A stretch of 61,746 nt of DNA, counting the filler, from Malassezia furfur (lineage: Eukaryota): NCBI GenBank assembly GCA_052055015.1. It is 2 parts of 2 records of this genome, joined end to end, with 100 filler letters (N's around TTAATTAATTAA, not from the genome) between each part and the next. Parts side by side here need not be neighbours in the genome. Positions count along the whole stretch, not along the records: positions 30,983 to 61,746 come from JBQJIT010000097.1; 1 more part is not named here. One strand, 5' to 3'. A program made the translations under genes and the position numbers. Positions 53,740-61,746 of this stretch are shown one piece after another (position 1 is the first letter of the stretch; every line of letters begins with the position of its first letter). The notes under the pieces were generated by a model. The model searched no databases and had not been told where the DNA came from. It saw nothing but the letters and a program-made list of their open reading frames with translations.

Positions 53740-55670
53740 CTAGATACCCTCGTTTTCTACAATTTTGCGGCTTTGTTGCAAGACCTGAACTTGTGCGCCA
53801 CTGAACCGCTCGCTCTCACTTCGAACGCTCACCGTCTCGCGACCCCCTGCGCCTTGGCCCAGCAGAGCGCTACGTGGAGGCTGGCGCTGGAAGAATCGCG
53901 GCGGGACATTCACTGGTGTGCCCTGGTAGGGGCCCATGTAAGGCTGGGGTGCACCGGGCACATTCGACCAGCCAGGGGCATACATGGTACCACCCATAGG
54001 GGCATACGGATTGGATTCCATGTTGGGTGCAACGTAGGGGACACTGGGGAACATGTGCATTGATGTGTTGTACGGCGGAGCGTACATAGCTCCGTAATCA
54101 ACCGGGTACCCAACACCATGGGGCAAGAAATAGGTTCCGTTCGGCGACGCTTCGTAATAGGGCGACATAGACACTGAACCCATGTAACCATTCCCCATGG
54201 GTGTTGAACCGAAGTGCGCTGGCAGGGGACTCGGAACAAACCCCGCTGGGGACATGGGCGGCGGTATACTGAGGGCCCTGTGAGGTGACGGTGCCGTGGC
54301 TGATGCGCCTTCGGGGTGTACGGAATACGGTGTGGACAGACCGGCGTCTGCACCGGAATGTCCAAATGTTTTGGCACGGCGCGCCACATTCGGGGGTGTC
54401 TTGGGCCGGAGATCTTCACAAATTTGTGAAAATGGCAAGATGTTTGTGCGGAAGTTCAATTGACATCCCGGTGGATCAAAGCCGAAACGGGTGGGGTATA
54501 GTGCCGAGAGCACCTCGGGCGGATGACGCGGATCCGGCGACCAGTCGGGAAATTGGGGACCCAGCTCTGTTCCGACTGTAAGCCAGCCTCGCCTTAAATT
54601 GCGGTTCGTGCCGAAGAGTTCCAAACGGCGGGTCCCAAGACAAAAGTTTTCCGCAATGGTATAGAGCTCGTGTGGTTTTTTGAGCGGTGAAATGATATCC
54701 ATCCCCGCATTGATCGTCTCACCAGGCCACAGAATGACATCGGTGTCAATGTTACAATGCACAAAGAACGAGTCGGTGCTCCGCACAACCGTCCCCCGAA
54801 TGCCCATAAGGCAGTGCTGCACCGAATTTCGCAACAAAGATGTGGTGGACTCTGCCCTATCACCCTCTTTGCTCGTACGAATCCACACAATATCTTCACA
54901 ACGTCGATACCCCCATTTCTGCAACACTTCGCGCCCACGCTCCAGGCCGTCGTTGTTGCCAGAGCCCACCCAGAGAAAAATAAAACTGTCGTGGGATGCC
55001 AGTTGGGGAATGGGCAGCGCCGCAATCTCATCCCAAGACCACGTTGGCGTATTTGGCAGACTCGGCTCATCCCATTTGTACGATGCAAGCGGTGGGTCTA
55101 GCATAATCACATCGTAGGCCATGCCCGTGAGCTCAGATGGCAGAGAACGATGCACCCAATGCTTCAGATCGGTTTTGTGGTACGTCGGAGGGATAGCCGT
55201 ATGCTCGACAATCTCTGCTTTCGCATGAATGAGACGGCGTAGCTTGGGATGTCTGTATGAGATGCGTACGATACGTACTCGACAAAGCGCGTCTCGGGCG
55301 ATACGTTTTGGACCCAGGTGCCAGGAAGGACCGTGAGACCCGAGTCGACATAGTATTGGTTGTAGTCGTTGTAGACTAGTTCTGCCTCTTCTTCGAGTCG
55401 GTCCGAGTCCGCATCCATCTGCTTGTCATCTGCCGAAGCCACGACGGACGTGAGGCGAAGCGACGTGAGCGCATTCATAGCGTCTTGGACGCCGTCTTGC
55501 TTGTCTGCCAGTGCATGTACGCGCGACTTTCCAAGGCCAAGCTCGTACCATTGTGGATGATCCGCAGCATGGATGAACCCCCGCTCTTGCACGCCGGGCC
55601 GCAGGATCTCGAGGACGTCGGCATGCCGAGAACGGATCTCGTGCCTGAAACGCCCACGGTCTGGCGGCAT
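53740..55670 (-). CDS. METTL14: MT-A70 family m6A writer subunit, METTL14/Kar4-like; intron 55253-55278 (26 nt)
   Basis: NDYNQYYVDSG..P, RFVE|HPKLRRL...PPTY..TDL, DVIMLDPPL, FLWVG..GLERGR.VL.KWGYRRCEDIVW, HCLMGIRGTV.RSTD..FVHCNIDTD, ENFCLG.RRL.LFG. Confidence 0.88.
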
Positions 55671-55752
55671 CTGGGGTGGAGCAAGAAGTGGAGGGGGAGA
55701 GCGGGGCTAAGGGACGCGCTTGGGACGACTATTCACGAATGCTAGGGATCGA

Positions 55753-56313
55753 TCAATCAAACTTTTTGTCGGAAACTTCGGACTTGGCCTTGGCAAGCTC
55801 GTCAGAAAGACGGTTGTACTCCTTCTGTTGCTGGTCGACCTGCTTACGCAGCGTCTCGATCTCGATCTTGGACTGCTTGTCCGCAGCGCCACTGTCGATT
55901 GAGCTCGCAAGCTCCTCCTGCGCATTGATCAGGTCAAGCACAAGCGAGTGCGTGCGTGCCAGAATAAGGCTGAGGAAGAGCGTGAAGCCCGTAAGGTACA
56001 CGTTACGCTGGGCATAGAACTTCTTGGCGTGGTAGTTCGCCTCGGTGCGGTAGTCGGCAAAGCCCTTCTGGTCCTGGGGCGTGTGGGCCTCAACGCTGAC
56101 CTTCATCATACGCTGGAACGCGTCGATGAAGAGCACGGCAACGAAGATGAACGTGATACGCACGCTGTAGTTGATCTTGGCAACCACCTCGCTGGTGGCC
56201 AGGAACTGGAAGAGTTTGCGCCGGGCAGAGAATGGCAATGGCACAATGAGCACCATGAACATGGCCATCTCAAACACAAGCAGCGCAAACACGATCGAGT
56301 AGTACAGCGTCAT
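55753..56313 (-). CDS. YET3: BAP29/BAP31-family ER membrane protein
   Basis: MTLYYSIVF..L..EM..., LFIDA, KFYAQRNVYLTGFTLFLSL, coiled coil, C-terminal KKFD ER-retrieval signal. Confidence 0.9.
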   Translation of the reverse strand: MTLYYSIVFALLVFEMAMFMVLIVPLPFSARRKLFQFLATSEVVAKINYSVRITFIFVAVLFIDAFQRMMKVSVEAHTPQDQKGFADYRTEANYHAKKFYAQRNVYLTGFTLFLSLILARTHSLVLDLINAQEELASSIDSGAADKQSKIEIETLRKQVDQQQKEYNRLSDELAKAKSEVSDKKFD

Positions 56314-56496
56314 CGTTGAACGGGAGGAGGAACAGTTTGCCCGCCAGCAGCCCGAGTGGAGTCCGGCGGCGCCCTTTACGTCATGGGGCGGGCTGCAGGC
56401 ATCCACAGCCGACGGTGTAATTCCCCGATAGGGCCCGTGCAGCGGGGCCCGACGCAGTGACGCCCTTGCCCCAGTCAAAGAAAGCATTTTGCCTCG

Positions 56497-58035
56497 ATGA
56501 GTGATCGTAGCCATGCTTCCGCTCGCCCTGCGAGCAAAACGCTTTTGAACCTAGGCAATCTGCCGCCCAAGCAGATGAACTTTACGGCGGATGGAACGAG
56601 CGCGTCTTACCCCCGTACGGCGTCGCGCGTCGATCCCAACAATCCGCCGTGGCCTGCGTACCGTGGCTACCATGAGTACTCGTTTGCCCACGAGACGATG
56701 GGCAAGCGTCTGCCGACCATTCTTGGCAATGCCGTGAATGATGTGATCTTGACGCTGAACCAGCAGCACGACGAGGAGCAGATTACGGACCTACTCGCGT
56801 GTATGGACCGCATGAACGTATTGATGAAGGAACTGCAGGCCAACGAGCAGCTGCGTCCGATTGTTGATGACGAGGAAGGCGATGTTCCGCTGTGGAATAA
56901 GGCGATCGCCAAGTACTTCAAGGGCAAGGACTTTATGAACGCGCCGTGGCTGTTTGCTGAGGCGTACAAGTACCGTCGTCTGCACGAGTGCTTCTCGCTG
57001 TCCCGCTACTGGAAGAACTACGACGTCTTTTTCCGCCAGAAGTGTGATACATTTAGCCGTTCTGGCACGGCGGTGTTTGAGTTGTCGATGCGCTTTGCCA
57101 CGCCGCAGAAGCAGGATCCCAACCTGAGCCACGAAGAGGCGCAGCAGGTCAAGAAGCTCCTCTTCCTCGAGCTGACGCAGGTGTCGCTGTGGGGCAACGC
57201 CACCGACCTGTCGCTGCTGATCAACATGACTGAGGAGGACATCAAAAAGATTCAGTCGACCGGTGGCGAGCACCTTGCCTCCACGGAAAAGAACATTCTT
57301 GGCAACCACTTGAACCGTGTGTGGGACCTCGTGGCGAACATGAAGGGCGGGCGCATTGACATTGTGCTCGACAATGCCGGCTTTGAGCTGTACTGTGATT
57401 GCGTCTATGCTGACTGGCTCATCCAGTCGGGCATTGCCCGTGAGGTGCACTTCCACGGCAAGCGCATTCCGTGGTTCGTGTCGGATGTCACGCGCAAGGA
57501 CTGGAATTGGCTGCTGAACATGATGGTATACGGCTTCCTCTTCCCCGATGCGTCTGAGGCGGAGAACCAGTCGCTGCGCCAGCTCGGCAAGCGCTGGAAG
57601 CAGTACGTCGCCGAGGGCAAGTGGATCTACGAGCAGCACCCCTTCTGGTGCACCGGCTATACCTTCTGGTCGATCTCGACCGAGGCGCCCGACTTGTTCC
57701 ACTACCTGTGCGAGAGCGACCTGGTGATCTTCAAGGGCGACCTGAACCACCGCAAGCTTACCTACGACTGCCAGGCGCCGACGAACACGCCGTTCGACGT
57801 GGCGATTGGCCCGCTCGCCAACGAGGCTGGCGCGCCGCCAGTCGTTTCGCTGCGCACGATCAAGTCCGACGTGGTGGTGGATGTGCCGTTGGAGGTGTCG
57901 CAGCGCCTGGACTCGGACGAGCCTGGCTGGCGCATCTCGGGCAAATACGCCGTCGTACTACTCAGCGACGAGGACCGCAAGAAGCAACAGGATACACAGC
58001 AGGCTGGTGCAAATGCAGGGACCGCGGGCAATTAA
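56497..58035 (+). CDS. DUF89/ARMT1-family damage-control phosphatase
   Basis: SFAHETMGKRLPTIL, APWLFAEAYKYRRL, LWGNATDLS, DIVLDNAGFEL, PWFVSDV, IFKGDLNHRKL, LRTIKSD. Confidence 0.9.
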   Translation: MSDRSHASARPASKTLLNLGNLPPKQMNFTADGTSASYPRTASRVDPNNPPWPAYRGYHEYSFAHETMGKRLPTILGNAVNDVILTLNQQHDEEQITDLLACMDRMNVLMKELQANEQLRPIVDDEEGDVPLWNKAIAKYFKGKDFMNAPWLFAEAYKYRRLHECFSLSRYWKNYDVFFRQKCDTFSRSGTAVFELSMRFATPQKQDPNLSHEEAQQVKKLLFLELTQVSLWGNATDLSLLINMTEEDIKKIQSTGGEHLASTEKNILGNHLNRVWDLVANMKGGRIDIVLDNAGFELYCDCVYADWLIQSGIAREVHFHGKRIPWFVSDVTRKDWNWLLNMMVYGFLFPDASEAENQSLRQLGKRWKQYVAEGKWIYEQHPFWCTGYTFWSISTEAPDLFHYLCESDLVIFKGDLNHRKLTYDCQAPTNTPFDVAIGPLANEAGAPPVVSLRTIKSDVVVDVPLEVSQRLDSDEPGWRISGKYAVVLLSDEDRKKQQDTQQAGANAGTAGN

Positions 58036-58050
58036 ATAGATGGGACAGGT

Positions 58051-58988
58051 CTATTCCGTATGAAGTGGGTCGCAGTCCTTTTCCGAGACGTGCACCGTCA
58101 GCTCGGGGAGCTGGTCGCGCAGCAACGGTGCAAAGAGCGAGCGGAAGTAACGGCGCTCGGTGTTGCTGTGGTTCGTCAGGATGACCGAGATGCCCTGCGC
58201 GACGGCGGCGAGCACCTCGTGGTGCCCGAGTTCGCCCGTGACCCACACATCGGCGTCCTTGGCCTGGCGGAGTACACTGCCGCCGCTACCAGCGCACACG
58301 GCGACGCGGCGCATCGGTGTGTCTACCGACACGTCCTGGCCGAGCGCGACGTGCACGGCATCGATGGCAAAGTGCTCCTTGGCGCGTGCGATCAGCGTAC
58401 GGATGGGCACGGGGTCCTCGAGCGAAAAGACGCGTCCCATGCCCTCGGACTCGGTGCGGGCGTTGGGGATGGGCTCGATGGGCTGCGCCTTGGTGCCCTC
58501 GCGCACGGCCTGGTAGAGGGTGTCGTCGAGGAGCGGCTCCTTCTCCCATGCATGCTGGAGGCCTGCGACAATCCAGTCGTTGATGCCGCCGTCGATGGCG
58601 TCGAGGCACGTGTGGGGGCAGTAGATGCTGATGCCCGCGGCGACGAGGCGGAGGATGGAACGCTGCAGTGGCTGCGCGAGCGTCAGCGAGCGCACCGGGC
58701 TAAAGATGACCGGGTGGTAGATGATGGCGGTATTTACGTCCGGCAGTGCGAGCGCCTCCTCGGCGACGTCCGTGGTGAGGTCCACTGCGAGGAAGACACC
58801 GCGGCCGGTGCGGGGCACGGGCGATTCTGGGTGAGTGGGCGCGGATGCGTACGAGCGATCAGGCCGACATTGTCCCAGCTCCCAGCGAGGCGCGTGGGTG
58901 CTGCGTCAGACGTGCTGTCCTGCGTACCGATCAGCTGCAAAAAGTCGACGACGCGGCGCAGCGTCGGATCGCGTGCGAGATGGGCCAT
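58051..58988 (-). CDS. NIF3: NIF3 (NGG1-interacting factor 3) family protein; introns 58901-58927 and 58827-58852
   Basis: AP.RLA.SWDNVGL, DLT, IIYHPVIF, IYCPHTCLD, GINDW, GMGR, VAVCAGSGGS, TGELGHH, HSNTER, DCDPL. Confidence 0.93.
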
Positions 58989-59056
58989 CGTGCGCGGTCG
59001 CTCGGACCCATCATCACGTGCACGCGATTTTTCGGTGGCGCTTGTGGTGAGCGACG

Positions 59057-61746
59057 ATGCACGGCGGGGGCAGCGCGGCCGACGGCATGCGCCGCGTCGT
59101 GGAGGAGGCCGAGGCGGCTCGCAAGCGGCTCGGCGACCCGGTGAAGACGATCGAGGATAAGTGGATGCTGCTCCCCGCGTTCCTGCAGGTGAAGGGCCTG
59201 GTGAAGCAGCACATTGACTCGTTCAACTACTTTGTGGACGTCGACCTACACAACATCCTGCGCGCCAACGAGCGGGTGACGGTACGTGTGTGTGCGCTGA
59301 TGGCAGTCGGACATCGACCCCAAGTTCTACCTCAAGTACACCAACATCTCGGTCGGGCGCCCCGAACGTGCGGACCCTGACGCAATTGACCGGAGCATTA
59401 CGCCGCACGAGTGTCGTCTGCGCGACATTACGTATAGCGCGTTCATCTACGTGGACATCGAGTACACGCGCGGCGGCAAGATTGTGCGGCGGAAGAATGT
59501 GCCGATCGGGCGGCTGCCCATCATGCTGCGGAGCAACAAGTGCTGGCTCGCGGGCCAGGACGATGCGGCGCTCGCGCGCATGAACGAGTGCCCGCTGGAC
59601 CCCGGTGGGTACTTTGTGGTGAAAGGCACCGAAAAGGTGATTCTGGTGCAGGAGCAGCTGTCCAAGAACCGCATCATTGTCGAGGCGGACGCGCGCAAAG
59701 GCCTCGTGCAGGCGTCGGTCACCAGTTCGACGCACGAGCGCAAGTCGAAGTCGTACGTCTTGACGAAGCACGGCCTGATCTACGTCAAGCACAACTCGCT
59801 GCACGAGGACATCCCGATCGTGGTCGTGTTCCGTGCGCTCGGCATCCAGTCCGACCGTGAGATCCTGCAGCTGGCCGCGGGGCAGGACGAGACGTACGCG
59901 GAGCTGTTTGCGGTCAACCTGGAGAAGGCTGCCAAGCTCGAGGTGTTTACGCGGCGGCAGGCGCTCGAGTACATTGGCGCGCGCGTCAAGATTATGCGGC
60001 GCGGCGTCGGTCTGCGGCGCTCCGCCGTCGATGAGGCGCTCGATGTGCTCGCGACGGTGATCATGGCGCATGTGCCGGTGGACAACTTTGACTTCCGCAA
60101 CAAGGCGATCTACATCGCGGCCATGGTACGCCGCGTGCTTGTGTGTATGGTGGACGAGAGCAAGGTGGACGACCGCGACTACGTGGGCAACAAGCGTCTC
60201 GAGCTGGCCGGCCAGCTGCTCGCGCTGCTGTTTGAGGATCTGTTCAAAAAGTTCAACCACGACTTGAAGACGAACATCGACAAGGTGCTCAAGAAGCCGA
60301 ACCGCACCGCCGAGTTTGACGCGTACAACCAGTTCTTCTACCACGGCGACTACATCACCGCGGGCTTTGTGCGCGCGATCTCGACGGGCAACTGGAGCTT
60401 GAAGCGCTTCAAGATGGAGCGCGCGGGGGTGACGCACGTGCTGTCGCGCCTGAGCTACATCAGCGCGCTCGGCATGATGACGCGCATCAGCTCGCAGTTC
60501 GAAAAGACACGCAAGGTGTCGGGCCCGCGTGCGCTGCAGCCGAGCCAGTGGGGCGTGCTGTGCCCCTCGGACACGCCCGAGGGCGAGGCGTGTGGGCTGG
60601 TCAAGAACCTTGCGCTGATGACGCACATCACGACCGATGTCGACGAGGCGCCGATTGTCAAGCTGTGCTACACGCTCGGCCTCGAGGACATCAATTTGCT
60701 CACCGGCGCCGAGCTGTACCAGCCGTCGATGTACGTCGTGTACCTGAACGGCAACGTGCTCGGCGTGACGCGCACGCCGCAGCGCTTTGTTGCGCAGTTT
60801 CGGCGCGTGCGCCGCGGCGGACACGTGTCGGCGTTTGTGGGCATCTACACGAATGCGCACCAGCGCACCGTGCACATTGCGTCCGATGGCGGGCGTATCT
60901 GCCGCCCGATGATCATCGTCGAGCGCGGGCAGCCGCGCGTGCGCAGCGAGCACATGCACGCGCTGCAGGCGGGGCGCATGGTGTTTGACGATTTCCTGCG
61001 TGCGGGCCTCGTCGAGTACCTGGACGTGAACGAGGAGAACGACAGCAACATTGCGCTGTTTGAGCACAACATCCACGCCAACACGACGCACCTCGAGATC
61101 GAGTGCTTCACGATCCTCGGTGCGGTCGCCGGCCTGATCCCGTACCCGCACCACAACCAGTCGCCGCGCAACACGTACCAGTGCGCGATGGGCAAGCAGG
61201 CGATCGGTGCGATTGCGTACAACCAGCTGAACCGCATCGACACCCTGCTCTACCTCATGGTGTACCCGCAGCAGCCGATGGTCAAGACCAAGACCATCGA
61301 GCTGATTGGCTACGACAAGCTGCCCGCGGGCCAGAACGCGATGGTCGCGGTGATGAGCTACTCGGGCTACGACATCGAGGATGCGCTCGTGCTCAACAAG
61401 GCGTCGCTCGACCGCGGTTTTGGGCGCTGCCAGGTGATGCGCAAGCAGTCGACCGTGTTGCGCAAGTACGCCAACGGCACGTTTGACCGCCTCGCCGATG
61501 CGCCGCTCACCGATGCCGGCGAGCGCATGCGCCGCTTCGAGGCGCTCGAGCCAGACGGCATCGCGGGCGCGGGCGAGCGCCTCGAGCCGGGCGACGTGTT
61601 TGTCAACAAGCAGACACCCACGAATGCCAACGACAACAGCGCAGGCACCATGCTCGACACCACCGTGATGTACAAGAGCGCCCCGCTCTCCTACAAGGCG
61701 CCCGTCGAGGGCTACGTCGACCAGGTGCTCGTGAGCGACACCGACT
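59057..61746 (+). CDS. RET1: RNA polymerase III second-largest subunit (RPC2), runs off the window; intron 59282-59306 (25 nt)
   Basis: [95 protein letters not shown]. Confidence 0.96.

Noticed and set aside
15890..59306. Apparent frameshifts or pseudogenes in many conserved genes (BolA, USP, CTP1, MED10, SIT4, RPC2 and others)
   Set aside because: Each break coincides with a GT...branch...AG micro-intron that restores the conserved frame, so neither programmed frameshifting nor decay is needed.
1..61746. A biosynthetic or functional gene cluster
   Set aside because: Neighbouring genes are unrelated housekeeping functions, with no PKS/NRPS, transposase or defence genes seen.

Overview
Eukaryotic, GC-rich, extremely compact fungal DNA. 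It is most consistent with a Malassezia-type basidiomycete yeast (inferred from gene density, intron style and protein sequences; not verified by search). I read about 44 protein-coding genes, mostly housekeeping: WDR8, RBM39-like, TFIIIA, Sec7 GEF, trimethyllysine dioxygenase, TTL, NOP9, ARG1, BolA, TPS1, USP, MED25-like, IFA38, QNS1, Tea1/Kel1, eEF1B-gamma, PRE9, SmD3, NHP6, CTP1, MRD1, MED10, RPN3, LIM, PCT1, SR protein, NDUFA6, SIT4, LPD1, NIPA, METTL14/KAR4, BAP31, ARMT1, NIF3 and RPC2. There is also one intron-containing tRNA-Ala(UGC), two intronic box C/D snoRNAs (snR38-like and snR64-like), and one artificial 100-bp scaffold linker. The ORF track fragments most genes because of spliceosomal introns: about 53 of the 59 coding-region introns I reconstructed by hand are only 21-30 nt. 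The most notable signals are the miniature introns and 7-19 nt micro-exons, the only two long introns each carrying a snoRNA, a CACGTG element recurring about 25-80 nt upstream of start codons, genes abutting with 0-45 nt gaps, and a probable MED25 in a fungus. All intron coordinates were counted by eye and need RNA-seq confirmation. No mobile elements or CRISPR arrays were seen.
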